64,000 nt of DNA, taken from Deltaproteobacteria bacterium (GTDB lineage Bacteria > Desulfobacterota > Syntrophia > Syntrophales > UBA2210). Location: contig JAFGGB010000124.1 of assembly GCA_016930775.1 (NCBI GenBank), positions 9,671 to 73,670 on the forward strand. The letters run 5' to 3'. Position numbers and translations under genes: made by a program. Of the stretch, positions 1 to 10,907 are shown piece by piece (positions within the stretch are counted from its first letter, which is position 1; the number at the start of each line of letters is the position of its first letter). The notes beneath the pieces are model-generated. The model ran no database searches. It saw only the letters and a program-made list of their open reading frames with translations, and was not told the origin of the DNA.

Positions 1-1002
1 TTCGAGGATGTCGAAGGCCGTCCTGTACGAATCCATGGAAAAATGTTTTATCCTGCCAAGGATATAAAAGGCGCCCGTCGGTTCCACGGCGATGCCAAGT
101 CCCAGATCTCGGAGCCGTTGTATGATGTATGTGCGCCGCTCGTTGAATATGGTTTTCATGCGCTTGACATCCTCGCCGGCCTCCTTCAGGGCTGCAACTC
201 CGGCCCATTGGACGAAAGAGTTGGCGCAGATGAAGAGATTTTGTTGGATCTTCTGCATGGGGCGGATGCAATCCTTCGGGGCGATGATGTATCCCAGACG
301 CCAGCCGGTCATGGCGAAGGCCTTGGAGAATCCGTTGAACACAAAAGCGTTGTCCGTATACTCCAGAATCGAATGGGCCGTTCCTTCGTAAACAAGGTCC
401 TGATAGATTTCATCTGAAATGATGGGAACGCCCATTGATGCCGCCGCTTCCATCCGTTCGGGACCGAGGATGTTGCCTGTAGGATTGGACGGCGAGTTGA
501 TAAGTATTCCCTTTGTCTTTTTTGTCATTTTTTCGCGGATTGCTTCGGGGGTATACTGGAAGCCCTCTTCCTCATAGACATTCACCATTATTGGCGATCC
601 GCCGATAAATCGAATGAAGTTGGGGTAGCAGGCATAATGAGGATCCGATACGATCACCTCGTCGTCTTTTTCCAGCAGCGCCGAGAAGAGCAGATACATG
701 GCCGGAGAGGACCCTGAGGTTATGATGACCTGATCGGGGGATATGGATACGCCGTATGTTGTGTAATAATATTCGGCCACGGCTTCTCTCAGTTCAAGAA
801 TGCCCAGACTGTTCGTGTAGTGAGTTTTACCGTCTCGAATAGCCCGGTAACAGGCTTGCTTTATGCATTCGGGCGTTTCAAAATCCGGTTCGCCCACCTC
901 CATGTGAATGATGTCGCGACCCGCCCGCTCCAGTTCCTGTCCCCTTTCAAGAACGTCCATAACAATGAAAGGCGGGATATCTTTTGCACGTTTCGTAATC
1001 AT
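1..1002 (-). CDS. Class I/II PLP-dependent aminotransferase (aspartate-aminotransferase-like); C-terminus cut by window edge
   Basis: My own reverse-strand translation from the ATG (complement of cat at 1000-1002) reads MITKRAKDIPPFIVMDVLERGQELERAGRDIIHMEVGEPDFETP... It contains NSPSNPTG and the PLP-lysine motif FNGFSKAFAMTGWRLGY. It is absent from the ORF track because no stop lies inside the window. Confidence 0.88.
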   Translation of the reverse strand, partial: MITKRAKDIPPFIVMDVLERGQELERAGRDIIHMEVGEPDFETPECIKQACYRAIRDGKTHYTNSLGILELREAVAEYYYTTYGVSISPDQVIITSGSSPAMYLLFSALLEKDDEVIVSDPHYACYPNFIRFIGGSPIMVNVYEEEGFQYTPEAIREKMTKKTKGILINSPSNPTGNILGPERMEAAASMGVPIISDEIYQDLVYEGTAHSILEYTDNAFVFNGFSKAFAMTGWRLGYIIAPKDCIRPMQKIQQNLFICANSFVQWAGVAALKEAGEDVKRMKTIFNERRTYIIQRLRDLGLGIAVEPTGAFYILGRIKHFSMDSYRTAFDILE

Positions 1003-1225
1003 TATCGAACCCTCGTAACTTCTTAATATCGCGAAAAACTACCCCCTTTGCCCCGATCTTGTCAAGCGGGAATCGCAGGGGAGAAGGAATAGCGGATATT
1101 TCTTTGAAAGATGGCGTTAACTATAGTACAAATCATCCGTTCCGACACAGCGGCAGGTGATGGCGATATCTCATGGTCCTGCTCTTTCTTTGGAAGTTGC
1201 GAAGTCAAATCGGGAGAGGTGAGCG

Positions 1226-3784
1226 GTGAAAGACCCAGTCAAACAAAAGGCCTTATGGAAGCCCGGCGTCGATATTAGCCATCACTGCGTCAACGTTAAG
1301 AAATTGCACAAGGACATCGAAAAAAGACGGCGCCACGAGTCGGCAGAATGCGCCTTGGCGGCCAGGACGCTTCTGGATGGCAGTCATAGATCGGACATAC
1401 TTATCGATGCGGAGGGAGTCATCATTGATATGAATGAGGCTGCTGCCCTCAGGATGGGCCGGCCGGTCGCGGAACTTCGCGGGACAGTGTTTTTTGATTA
1501 TTTTCCCCCGGATATTGCCTCCCGTCAGAGAAATCGCATCGCAGAAGCACGGAAGATTAAAACGCCTCTGATGTTTGAGGAGTCTATCGATGGGTGGACA
1601 TTTTCAATACATCTATGTCCACTGGCGGACGAAACCGGTGAGATCGCACGTTTCGCCATGTATATACAGGATATTACCACAATAAGGGAATACGAAAAGC
1701 GTCTCGAAAAGAACGAAGCTTTTCTCCGGAAACTCCTGGACGCCCTTCCGAACCCATTGTTCTGCAAAGATTTGGAGGGACGGTACACTATGTGCAACCG
1801 GGCTTTCGAGGATTTTTTCGATTGCACCGGAAGAGATGTCGCAGGAAAAAGCATTCCCGACCTCTTTGAAAAGGAATTTGCCGATATCGTTTTGCAAAAA
1901 GATCGTGAACTCTTTCACTGTCCCGGAATCCAGCGGTATGAATTGGTGTATGGAAAAAAGAACGGGGATCTCCGCAATGTCCTGTTGGACAAAGCAACTC
2001 TCGCCGATGAAACCGGCGCCGTCAGCGGCATCGTTGGCGTAGTTTCGGACATCACCGAACGGAAGAAAGAGGAGCGGAAAAGAGCGGAGGCGGAGCATAA
2101 GCTCCGGGCTCTTATTAATGCCGATCCTGCAGCAGCGATGCTGATCGATCCGGCCGGTTCGATCATCGAACTTAATTCCAGCTTCGAAAAGATAATCGGC
2201 CGGCGCCGAGGGGATCTCATCGGCAAGGTTGTATGTGACTGCCTGCCTTCCAGTGCGGCCGAGATAATGAAAGAAAAGATGTGGCAGATCGTCAAGACGA
2301 GCAATCCGGCGGTCTTTGAAGGCGCCTTTGCGGGATCTGAGCATATCTTCCATATGCATCCGCTTCGCAGCGCCGACGGGCACGTTCAATCAATCGCTGT
2401 TTTTGCCAGGAACGTATCGACGCTGCGCGCTCATGAACGAAAACTCAAAGAGGTCACCGATCTTTATAGGGAGCTTTTCGAAAACACCGGCACGGCAATG
2501 TGTTGTACGGACAGCGACCGCGTCATCCTCATGGTTAACAGCCGTTTCGAGGAGATCACGGGCTACTCTAAAGAGGAAGTCCAGGGACGTCTTTGTTTCA
2601 GAGATATCGTGCATGTGAGCGAGCGCACACGGCTCGCGGAATATCACCGCCTGCGCACCGAAGGAACGGGGAGTCCCCCGACATCCTACGAGACCGTCAT
2701 GGTGCACAAAGGGGGACAAAAGATTCCTGTAATCCTCACCATATCGTTCAATCGGAGAGATCAAAAAATGATCATCTCCGTAAACGATATAACCGAACTC
2801 AGGGAATCGCAGAATAAATTGACTGTGCGGGAGAAGCAACTCGAAGGTTTTCTCGAGCTGCTGCCCGAAATGGCCTTTTTAAAGGACAGTAATTCGGTCA
2901 TGACCATGGTGAACAAGCCCTTCGAGGAATTCACCGGCATCCCGCGCGATGCAGCCGTAGGACGAAGGCCCGAAGAGATATATCGAAGAGACATGGCAGC
3001 CATCTATCGGGAGGACGACGAGGAGGTCATGCGGGAAAAGAGAACAATAAAGTTTGAAGTTCCCATGATCGGAAAATCGGGCAAACGTCTCTGGGTGAAC
3101 AGCGTAAAAAGCCCAGTCTTCGACGATAGTGGCGAGGTGATAGGGATCATTGGTCTCGCCCATGACATAACGTTGTTCAAAGACAGGATCGAGGAACTTG
3201 ACCGGCAGCAGCGGAAGCTTGATCATTTCGTCCAGCGTGACCGGGATGCATTGCGGAAGATCAATAAAATCCTGGCAGAGAAACACAAAGAGGCGGCCGA
3301 GATGACGGTGGCTCATGAGCGGTTGGCTGGCAAGATGCGGGAGACAAAAAGCGCCTTTAACGTCCTGGTTAACCATATGGAGGAGATGCGGCGCGAGGCG
3401 GAGCGAAGGATAATGAGCAAAGTTAAGACAATCCTCCTGCCGCTCGTGGATAAGATACGAAACGACAGCGATTTGAAGAAATACTCCGGCGACATCGACG
3501 CCATCGCACAACTGCTTTCCGACATCAAGATCGACATCATAGCAGGCGGGGCATCGCCTGGAACGTCCCTGACATCCATGGAACTTCAGATAGCCAACTT
3601 ACTGCGCGACAGGATGAAAAGCAGTGAAATTGCGAGCATACTGAACATATCCATCGATACCGTGAAGACGCATCGCAGGAACATACGGAGAAAACTGAAC
3701 ATACAGAATTCCGGGATCAACCTCTCTGGGTATCTCGAAGATGCCTTGCATCAATACGATGCAACGGTCTCTAAGGGTCCGTGA
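1226..3784 (+). CDS. Multi-PAS sensor fused to a C-terminal LuxR/FixJ-type HTH transcriptional regulator
   Basis: 852-aa ORF with an alternative (GTG) start. It has repeated PAS-like blocks (e.g. SGIVGVVSDITERKKEE, IGIIGLAHDITLFKD) and a coiled-coil linker. The C-terminal LuxR HTH reads LTSMELQIANLLRDRMKSSEIASILNISIDTVKTHRRNIRRKLNI. Confidence 0.85.
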   Translation: MKDPVKQKALWKPGVDISHHCVNVKKLHKDIEKRRRHESAECALAARTLLDGSHRSDILIDAEGVIIDMNEAAALRMGRPVAELRGTVFFDYFPPDIASRQRNRIAEARKIKTPLMFEESIDGWTFSIHLCPLADETGEIARFAMYIQDITTIREYEKRLEKNEAFLRKLLDALPNPLFCKDLEGRYTMCNRAFEDFFDCTGRDVAGKSIPDLFEKEFADIVLQKDRELFHCPGIQRYELVYGKKNGDLRNVLLDKATLADETGAVSGIVGVVSDITERKKEERKRAEAEHKLRALINADPAAAMLIDPAGSIIELNSSFEKIIGRRRGDLIGKVVCDCLPSSAAEIMKEKMWQIVKTSNPAVFEGAFAGSEHIFHMHPLRSADGHVQSIAVFARNVSTLRAHERKLKEVTDLYRELFENTGTAMCCTDSDRVILMVNSRFEEITGYSKEEVQGRLCFRDIVHVSERTRLAEYHRLRTEGTGSPPTSYETVMVHKGGQKIPVILTISFNRRDQKMIISVNDITELRESQNKLTVREKQLEGFLELLPEMAFLKDSNSVMTMVNKPFEEFTGIPRDAAVGRRPEEIYRRDMAAIYREDDEEVMREKRTIKFEVPMIGKSGKRLWVNSVKSPVFDDSGEVIGIIGLAHDITLFKDRIEELDRQQRKLDHFVQRDRDALRKINKILAEKHKEAAEMTVAHERLAGKMRETKSAFNVLVNHMEEMRREAERRIMSKVKTILLPLVDKIRNDSDLKKYSGDIDAIAQLLSDIKIDIIAGGASPGTSLTSMELQIANLLRDRMKSSEIASILNISIDTVKTHRRNIRRKLNIQNSGINLSGYLEDALHQYDATVSKGP

Positions 3785-3887
3785 GAAAACAGTCTCTGTT
3801 TGGATTCCTGCTCAATTTCTGCTATGTAGACGCGACGAGACTGAGAGCTGAAAGACGCACGAACGCCATGTATGAGGGACCGTTGCG

Positions 3888-5003
3888 ATGATGAAAATAA
3901 TGCTCGTGGCCGGCGCCCGGCCCAATTTCATGAAGATAGCTCCACTGGTGAGGGCCTTGGAGAATCAGCAAGGCGAGAGTGAAGATCTTGCCTGGTCGCT
4001 GGTTCACACGGGCCAGCATTATGATACGGAGATGTCGAAGGCTTTTTTCGACGACCTCGGCATTCCCGAGCCCCATTATCATCTCGGCATCGGGTCAGGA
4101 AGTCATGCTGAGCAGACGGCGCGGACAATGGTTGCCTTTGAGAAAATCTGCCTTCTTGAACGACCGGATGTGGTCGTTGTCGTGGGCGACGTGAATTCAA
4201 CGCTTGCCTGTGCAATCACGGCTAAGAAGCTGCTGATTAAGGTTGCCCACGTGGAAGCAGGGCTGCGGAGCGGCGACATGACCATGCCCGAAGAGATCAA
4301 CCGGATTGTCGCCGACGCGCTGTCCGATTATCTTTTCGTCACGGAATCGAGCGGAATTCATAACCTGAGCCGTGAGGGGAGAAGCGACAGCTCGGTCCAT
4401 TATGTGGGCAACGTGATGATAGACACCCTTTTCTTTCAATTGGAACGGTTGGAAAAGATCGGTACGACGCCCCGTGTGCGGGAACTACGGGAGCGCTATC
4501 GGTCGCCCTACGCCGTCGTGACGCTTCACCGGCCGTCGAACGTGGATGAACGGGCGTCCCTGTCGGGAATTCTTAAGGCGCTGATAGATATAGGCCGCGA
4601 TATGCCGGTGCTCTTCCCGGTACACCCAAGAACCAGGAAAAATATTGACCGTTTCGGCTTGGAACCGCCGGCCGGCGCCAATGTGGCGTTGCTGCCGCCG
4701 TTGCCGTACATGGAATTCCTCGCGCTCTGGAAGGACGCGGCCCTTGTTTTAACGGACAGCGGAGGGATTCAGGAGGAGACTACCGCTCTTGGCATTCCTT
4801 GTTTCACCATCAGGGAGAACACGGAGCGGCCCGTGACGATTGCCGAGGGCACAAACAGTCTCGTGGGGACGACTTTCGGGACCATTATGGCCGCGTATGG
4901 GCAATTCAAGAAAGGGATATCGAAAAGAGGCTCGGTTCCCTTTCTCTGGGATGGGAAGGCAGCAGAACGGATTGTTTCAGACTTGAGGAATACTTTGCCA
5001 TAA
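3888..5003 (+). CDS. wecB: UDP-N-acetylglucosamine 2-epimerase (non-hydrolysing)
   Basis: 371 aa. N-terminus MKIMLVAGARPNFMKIAPL, HTGQHYD motif and TDSGGIQEETTALGIPC, all typical of the WecB/MnaA family. Confidence 0.92.
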   Translation: MMKIMLVAGARPNFMKIAPLVRALENQQGESEDLAWSLVHTGQHYDTEMSKAFFDDLGIPEPHYHLGIGSGSHAEQTARTMVAFEKICLLERPDVVVVVGDVNSTLACAITAKKLLIKVAHVEAGLRSGDMTMPEEINRIVADALSDYLFVTESSGIHNLSREGRSDSSVHYVGNVMIDTLFFQLERLEKIGTTPRVRELRERYRSPYAVVTLHRPSNVDERASLSGILKALIDIGRDMPVLFPVHPRTRKNIDRFGLEPPAGANVALLPPLPYMEFLALWKDAALVLTDSGGIQEETTALGIPCFTIRENTERPVTIAEGTNSLVGTTFGTIMAAYGQFKKGISKRGSVPFLWDGKAAERIVSDLRNTLP

Positions 5004-5223
5004 AGGTTAGAATAGTTTCATGTATGACCATGTGGGGGTATAAACTGCTACCTACAAAATACCCACCAAAATCAACCTTGTCACTGCGATGTTTTTGGAT
5101 TACAGAGTAGCTGTTGCGAGGATCAGGCAGATTAACGCGAGCTCCCTGGTAAGAGTTTCCCATTCTGGGCGGCTTGGCGTCCGCAAGGACGAAAGCGGCG
5201 TTATACACGAGGTCCTCTAGGCA

Positions 5224-5340
5224 GGGTTAGGGTTAAGGATTAGGGACCGTTAGACTTGTTCTGCGGCTGTCGGAAGCGGATCAACCTCCTCGATGAACGG
5301 TTAGACTCTGCGTTTGATCAATCTCTAATCCTTAATCCTT
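5224..5340. repeat. Composite inverted-repeat / direct-repeat element in a 550-bp intergenic gap
   Basis: ggttaaggattaggga (5231-5246) is the near-perfect reverse complement (14 of 16) of tctctaatccttaatcc (5322-5338). Inside the arms, gttagact occurs twice in direct orientation (5249-5256 and 5300-5307), each followed shortly by ctgcg. Confidence 0.6.
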
Positions 5341-5553
5341 GTTTTGTATCAGTCCATCCTGAAGCTTCTCACAATGAATTGAATCAACGTGTTTTCGGGT
5401 GTCGAGGCCGTCGATCCGGTCAGTTTTCCTCATGGCAGGAGAAACAGAAGAAGTCGCTGACATAGGCCAAGAAAGAACTTTACGTTTTTGCCCGTTTAGA
5501 TTATTTTGGTAATCATTGCGAGCGGATCGATCAGGCCAGGGCGAGGAGACCTC

Positions 5554-6570
5554 ATGGAAAGAATTCTGGTTACCGGTGCGGCGGGTTTCATCGGGTTTCA
5601 TCTGGCGAAGCGCCTTCTCGACGACGGCGGGATTGTCGTGGGCGTCGACAATCTCAATGATTATTATGATCCCGGACTTAAGAAAGATCGTCTGAGGATT
5701 CTTCAACGAAACGAAAAGTTTACCTTTTACCGTCAGGACATTGCAGACCGGCAGGCCATGGAAGATCTCTTTCGAGACAGGCCGTTCGAAATAGTTATTA
5801 ATCTGGCGGCCCAAGCGGGAGTGAGGCATTCTATTGAAAATCCTCATGCATACATCTCAAGCAATTGCACCGGTTTTCTCAATATTCTTGAAGGATGCCG
5901 CCATGCCTGCGTGAAGCACCTGGTCTTTGCGTCTTCCAGCGCGGTCTACGGCGCCAATACGACAATGCCCTTCTCGATTCATCACAATGTGGATCATCCG
6001 GTGAGCCTCTATGCCGCCTCGAAAAAAGCAAATGAGCTCATGGCTCATTCCTATGCCGCTCTGTATGGCATTCCCTGTACTGGTCTCAGGTTTTTTACCG
6101 TTTACGGGCCGTGGGGGAGACCTGACATGGCCTATTTTCTCTTCACTAAAGCAATCCTGGAGGGAAAGCCCATCAATGTGTATAACGAGGGCAGGATGCA
6201 GCGGGACTTCACGTACATCGACGACATTGTCGAGGGGGTCGTCCGGATCATGGGACGCATTCCTCAGTCAAGCCCCAGCTGGGACGGCTCGAGGCCCGAC
6301 CCGGGGACGAGCTTCGCACCCTACAGGCTGTATAATATCGGCAATAACACACCAGTGGAATTGCTTCGTTTTATCGATGTGCTGGAGACCTGCCTGCGAC
6401 GAAAAGCCGAGAAGAATCTTCTGCCGATGCAGCCCGGCGATGTTCCTATGACATATGCCGATGTGCACGATCTGACCTATGATGTGGGATATCGTCCTCA
6501 GACCCCTGTCGAGGCAGGGATCAAGCAGTTCGTGGAATGGTATGCCGATTATTACGGAATAACGTTATGA
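5554..6570 (+). CDS. NAD-dependent UDP-glucuronate 4-epimerase-like SDR (extended short-chain dehydrogenase)
   Basis: The ORF track starts at 5506. I prefer ATG 5554 ([17 protein letters not shown]), which is preceded by gaggag at 5543-5548. Supporting motifs are [19 protein letters not shown] and the catalytic YAASKKANE (YxxxK). Confidence 0.88.
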   Translation: MERILVTGAAGFIGFHLAKRLLDDGGIVVGVDNLNDYYDPGLKKDRLRILQRNEKFTFYRQDIADRQAMEDLFRDRPFEIVINLAAQAGVRHSIENPHAYISSNCTGFLNILEGCRHACVKHLVFASSSAVYGANTTMPFSIHHNVDHPVSLYAASKKANELMAHSYAALYGIPCTGLRFFTVYGPWGRPDMAYFLFTKAILEGKPINVYNEGRMQRDFTYIDDIVEGVVRIMGRIPQSSPSWDGSRPDPGTSFAPYRLYNIGNNTPVELLRFIDVLETCLRRKAEKNLLPMQPGDVPMTYADVHDLTYDVGYRPQTPVEAGIKQFVEWYADYYGITL

Positions 6571-6606
6571 ACAATTGACGGTCCTGTCCGTTGTTTTTTC
6601 AGCGGG

Positions 6607-8211
6607 ATGTCGAAAGGGAGAAAGGAACAAGTGGGGAAAAAAATCTGCGTTGTCGGCGCCGGCCGGTGGGGAAGGAACCACATCAGAACGCTTCACTCCA
6701 TGAGGCGCCTCGGAGGAATTGTCGAATCGGATGAATCCGTGCTGAGCGAGTTCGAACAGAAATATCCCGAGGCCCGCACTTTTTCATCGGTGAAAGATGC
6801 CGTCGGTCGGGGATTCGACGGTTTCATTGTTGCGACGCCTGCGGAAACTCACTACGAGATTGCGCGGTACCTGATTTGCGAGGGGCGCCCCGTCCTCGTG
6901 GAAAAACCTTTGGCGTTGAAAATCGATGAAGCCCGCCATCTCAAAAGCCTGTCGGAGGAGCGCGGAATCCTCCTGATGGTGGGGCATGTGCTCCTCTTTC
7001 ACCCTGCCATCCGCAGGATGAAAGAACTGATCGATTCCGGCAAGATCGGGCGACTCCAGTACATGTACAGCAATCGACTTAATCTTGGGACGGTTCGTAC
7101 GGAAGAGAACATTCTCTGGAGCTTCGCACCACATGACATCTCCATGTTCCAATATTTCATGGAAAGCCGCCCCGTCGAGGTAATTTCCCGAGGCGCCATG
7201 TTTCTTCAGCCCTATATCCATGACTCCTCCATGACAATTCTCAGCTACCCGGGCAACAGAGTGGGCCATATCTTTGTGAGCTGGCTCCATCCCTTCAAGG
7301 AACACCGGATCGTTGTCATCGGGTCGAAAGGAATGCTGTCCTTCGAGGATTCCTCGAAGGACAAAGACATCCTCTTTTTTGAGAAGGGAATAGATTGGGT
7401 CCAGGGAGAACCCATCAAACACGAAGGCGCCACGGAGATTATTCCCTACGAACGAGCCCTTCCACTCGACAGAGAACTTGCGTATTTTACGGAGTGCCTT
7501 GATGGACGTCCCGTTGAAATAGCCGACGCCCGGAACGCGATTGAGGTTCTGGAAATTCTTGAGCGTGCAACGGAAAGCCTTCTTTCGGGAAGGGAAACAA
7601 CCAGGGGGGATGCCGGCGGGGGCGCGGAGAACGGAGAACCCTATTTTGTCCATCAAACGGCAATAATCGATGACGAAGTGTCTATCGGAGAAGGTGCGAA
7701 GATATGGCATTTTTCTCATATACTTGCGGGATCGACGATCGGCAAAGGCTGCACCATCGGCCAGAACGTAGTTGTCGGTCCCGCCGTATCGGTCGGGGAC
7801 CGTTGCAAGATTCAGAACAATGTAAGCATATACAAGGGAGTGACTCTTGAAGAGGGTGTTTTTTGCGGGCCCTCGATGGTCTTTACTAACGTGTACAATC
7901 CCCGCGCCGAGATTGGCAGAATGTCCGAAGTGCGGCCCACCTTGGTGAAAAGAGGCGCGACCATAGGCGCCAATGCCACCATTGTGTGCGGCGTTGCTGT
8001 CGGTCGATACGCCTTTGTGGGCGCCGGCGCCGTCGTAACGAAAGACGTGCCGGATTTCGCCCTTGTGATGGGGAATCCGGCGCGCCGCACAGGCTGGGTC
8101 TGCCGCTGCGGCGAACGTCTTGAAGAAAACCTTGTGTGTGGAGCCTGTGGAGCAGTCTATGTCTGCTCGGCGGGCGCCCTCCGTGAACATGCGACTTGTT
8201 CAGATGGGTGA
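6607..8211 (+). CDS. Fusion protein: Gfo/Idh/MocA-family sugar-nucleotide oxidoreductase (N-terminal, WbpB/WlbA-like) plus left-handed beta-helix N-acetyltransferase (C-terminal, WbpD/WlbB-like)
   Basis: 534 aa. The N-terminus has a Rossmann motif [14 protein letters not shown] and VLVEKPLA. A Gly-rich linker [12 protein letters not shown] follows. The C-terminus has hexapeptide repeats ([50 protein letters not shown]) and a tail [17 protein letters not shown]...CGACG. Confidence 0.85.
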   Translation: MSKGRKEQVGKKICVVGAGRWGRNHIRTLHSMRRLGGIVESDESVLSEFEQKYPEARTFSSVKDAVGRGFDGFIVATPAETHYEIARYLICEGRPVLVEKPLALKIDEARHLKSLSEERGILLMVGHVLLFHPAIRRMKELIDSGKIGRLQYMYSNRLNLGTVRTEENILWSFAPHDISMFQYFMESRPVEVISRGAMFLQPYIHDSSMTILSYPGNRVGHIFVSWLHPFKEHRIVVIGSKGMLSFEDSSKDKDILFFEKGIDWVQGEPIKHEGATEIIPYERALPLDRELAYFTECLDGRPVEIADARNAIEVLEILERATESLLSGRETTRGDAGGGAENGEPYFVHQTAIIDDEVSIGEGAKIWHFSHILAGSTIGKGCTIGQNVVVGPAVSVGDRCKIQNNVSIYKGVTLEEGVFCGPSMVFTNVYNPRAEIGRMSEVRPTLVKRGATIGANATIVCGVAVGRYAFVGAGAVVTKDVPDFALVMGNPARRTGWVCRCGERLEENLVCGACGAVYVCSAGALREHATCSDG

Positions 8212-8431
8212 GAGAGAAGAAAGCAGAGCTCTTTTTTTTTACCATTTGCCATTGTCACGGGAGAATGCTATGTGTGGTGACATTCATCTGTTTGAATTGA
8301 CCGATTAAATGATGAACAAACCAGACTTCCGGAAGCTTGGCGTACAAGCGTAAGGTCAGGCGACAGGCGATACGACATTTCGAAGGCCTCAGATCGCGAA
8401 TCCGGAGCGCAAAGGGGGGGGAGTTACTCTG

Positions 8432-9805
8432 TTGTTCGCAAAAAAAATACTCTGCATTGGCGCCGGGTATGTCGGCGGTCCGACCATGGCGATGATCGCC
8501 ATGCGATGCCCGCATTATAAGATAACCGTTGTCGATATCAATGATGAAAAAATAGCCCGCTGGAATTCAAACGAACTTCCAATATACGAGCCTGGTCTCG
8601 ATGAAATCGTCAGGGAAGTACGGGGCAGGAATCTGTTCTTCAGTACAGACATCGAGGGGGAAATCAGGGCGAACGATATTATTTTTGTCAGCGTCAATAC
8701 GCCTACGAAGACCTACGGCGCCGGCGCCGGCATGGCGGCGGATCTTCAGTACTGGGAAAAAACGGCCCGCCAGATTCGTCGATGCGCCCAATCGAACAAG
8801 GTAATAATCGAAAAAAGCACGCTGCCCGTCCGCACGGCGCTGGCAATGGAGAGGATTCTGGGAGCGGAGAATAACATCCATTTCGAGGTTCTCTCGAATC
8901 CCGAATTCCTCGCCGAAGGTTCCGCCATCGAGGATCTGCAAAACCCCGATCGCGTGCTCATCGGCTCACGGGATACGCCGACGGGTGTTGCTGCCCGGAA
9001 TGAATTGGTTGATATCTTTGCCAACTGGGTCCCTCGAGAGCGAATAATTACATCCAATATCTGGAGCAGTGAACTTTCGAAGCTCGTCGCGAACGCTTTT
9101 CTCGCCCAAAGGATTTCATCGATCAACGCCATAGCTTCTCTTTGCGAAAAAACGGAAGCCGATGTCGCCGAAGTGGCCAGAGCCGTGGGTCTCGACAGCA
9201 GGATCGGAACGAAATTTCTCAATGCCAGCGTAGGATTCGGCGGCTCCTGTTTTAAGAAAGACATCATGAATCTTGTCTATCTTTGCCGGAGTTACGGTCT
9301 GAATGAGGCGGCTGATTATTGGGAGGGAGTCATAAAGATCAACGAGTGCCAGAAGGAGCGTTTCGTCTTGACAATGCTCCGGGCCATGTTCAATACCCTG
9401 GCCGATAAGAGGATATGTCTCTTTGGATTCGCCTTCAAGGCGAATACCGGCGATACGAGGGAAAGTCCTGCCATATATATAGCGCGCAAGCTGCTGGAAG
9501 AGCAGGCTGTTGTCGTTATTACGGATCCGAAGGCCCTGGAGAATGCGCGAAGGGACCTCGCGGGCATGAAGGGTGAAATTTTATTCATAGATGATCCCTA
9601 CGAAGCAGCGGCGGCATCGGACGCCTTGGCGGTGATGACAGAATGGGATCTTTACAAAGATCTTGATTTCGAAAGGATTTTCGACTCCATGACGAAACCG
9701 GCCTTCATTTTCGACGGCCGGAATATTCTCGACCGAAAGAAGCTCTTCGACATGGGTTTCAATATCTATGCCGTGGGCAAGCCGCCGATGACCCACTTCG
9801 CCTGA
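8432..9805 (+). CDS. ugd: UDP-glucose 6-dehydrogenase (long, eukaryote-like type)
   Basis: 457 aa with a TTG start after a G-rich RBS (gggggggag at 8414-8423). Motifs: ILCIGAGYVGGPT, catalytic-Cys motif GFGGSCFKKD, and FAFKANTGDTRESPA. Confidence 0.92.
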   Translation: MFAKKILCIGAGYVGGPTMAMIAMRCPHYKITVVDINDEKIARWNSNELPIYEPGLDEIVREVRGRNLFFSTDIEGEIRANDIIFVSVNTPTKTYGAGAGMAADLQYWEKTARQIRRCAQSNKVIIEKSTLPVRTALAMERILGAENNIHFEVLSNPEFLAEGSAIEDLQNPDRVLIGSRDTPTGVAARNELVDIFANWVPRERIITSNIWSSELSKLVANAFLAQRISSINAIASLCEKTEADVAEVARAVGLDSRIGTKFLNASVGFGGSCFKKDIMNLVYLCRSYGLNEAADYWEGVIKINECQKERFVLTMLRAMFNTLADKRICLFGFAFKANTGDTRESPAIYIARKLLEEQAVVVITDPKALENARRDLAGMKGEILFIDDPYEAAAASDALAVMTEWDLYKDLDFERIFDSMTKPAFIFDGRNILDRKKLFDMGFNIYAVGKPPMTHFA

Positions 9806-9922
9806 AAAGGAAAAATTACAAACAATGAAGATTCCATGGAGTATGCCGTTGATGTGGCAAACGATTCAAATATCGAATTACGGGAGTCTGTATGGCGGCA
9901 GGCGCCGGAGCAGTGAGGAGAT

Positions 9923-10876
9923 ATGAAATATCACTATCAAAAACGCATTCTCGTAACCGGCGGCGCAGGTTTTCTCGGCTCGCATCTCTGCGAGCGACTC
10001 ATTGGCGAAGGGCATGATGTGATATGCCTCGACAACTTTTTTACAGGCTCTAAGAGGAATATTGAGTCGCTTCTGAAACAACCGAACTTTGAACTCATAC
10101 GACACGACATCGTGGAGCCTATCCTGTTGGAGGTTGATGAAATCTATAACCTGGCCTGTCCCGCCTCGCCGATTCACTACCAGTACAACCCGGTGAAGAC
10201 GGTGAAGACGAGCGTCATGGGCGTCATCAATATGCTGGGCATGGCAAAACGAGTGAAGGCCAAGATTTTACAAGCCTCAACGAGCGAAGTTTACGGCAAT
10301 CCTACCGTCCACCCTCAACCCGAAGCGTACTGGGGAAACGTGAACGCCATTGGGCCGCGATCCTGCTACGACGAGGGAAAGCGTTGCGCTGAGACGCTCT
10401 TCTTCGATTACCGCCGTCAGAACGGCGTGAACATCCGCGTCGTTCGCATATTCAATACATACGGTTCGCGGATGCATCCCAATGACGGACGAGTAATCAG
10501 CAACTTTATCGTTCAGGCGCTGATGGGGAAGGACATCACCGTTTTCGGACAGGGGAACCAGACTCGGTCCTTCTGTTATGTCGACGATCTGATTGAGGGG
10601 CTTGTCAGAATGATGAACTGTCCCGATTCCTTTGTGGGTCCCGTGAACCTCGGCAATCCCGACGAATTCACAATTCTAGAATTGGCCGAGAACGTCATTC
10701 GTCTGACCGGCAGCTCGTCGAAGATCGTCTTCAAGCCTTTGCCTCAGGATGATCCTCTCCAGCGCCGGCCGGACATTTCGCTGGCCAAGAGCGCGTTGAA
10801 CTGGGAACCGTCGGTTTTTCTGGAGGAAGGCCTTGCAAGGACGATCGATTACTTCCGCAGTATAATTTCTTCATAG
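9923..10876 (+). CDS. uxs: UDP-glucuronate decarboxylase (UDP-xylose synthase)
   Basis: 317 aa. Motifs: [29 protein letters not shown], catalytic YDEGKRCAE, and [21 protein letters not shown]. These are typical of the UXS/ArnA-decarboxylase-like SDR family. Confidence 0.9.
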   Translation: MKYHYQKRILVTGGAGFLGSHLCERLIGEGHDVICLDNFFTGSKRNIESLLKQPNFELIRHDIVEPILLEVDEIYNLACPASPIHYQYNPVKTVKTSVMGVINMLGMAKRVKAKILQASTSEVYGNPTVHPQPEAYWGNVNAIGPRSCYDEGKRCAETLFFDYRRQNGVNIRVVRIFNTYGSRMHPNDGRVISNFIVQALMGKDITVFGQGNQTRSFCYVDDLIEGLVRMMNCPDSFVGPVNLGNPDEFTILELAENVIRLTGSSSKIVFKPLPQDDPLQRRPDISLAKSALNWEPSVFLEEGLARTIDYFRSIISS

Positions 10877-10907
10877 CTGTGTACATTATTGGAAAGGGCG
10901 CTAGATT

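Noticed and set aside
4906-5208. 100-aa minus-strand ORF overlapping the wecB 3' end.
   Set aside because: It has no start context, no motif, and overlaps a confident gene. It was kept only as part of the unexplained 550-bp gap.
5224-5246. TTAGGG/TTAAGG telomere-like repeats.
   Set aside because: There are only two or three units, and they form one arm of an inverted repeat inside a bacterial operon. This is not a telomeric array.
6784-8190. 468-aa ORF antisense to the oxidoreductase::acetyltransferase gene.
   Set aside because: Its sequence is low-complexity and Arg/Gly/His-rich, with no recognisable motif. The plus-strand frame has unambiguous Rossmann and hexapeptide motifs. This is a typical shadow ORF in GC-rich DNA.
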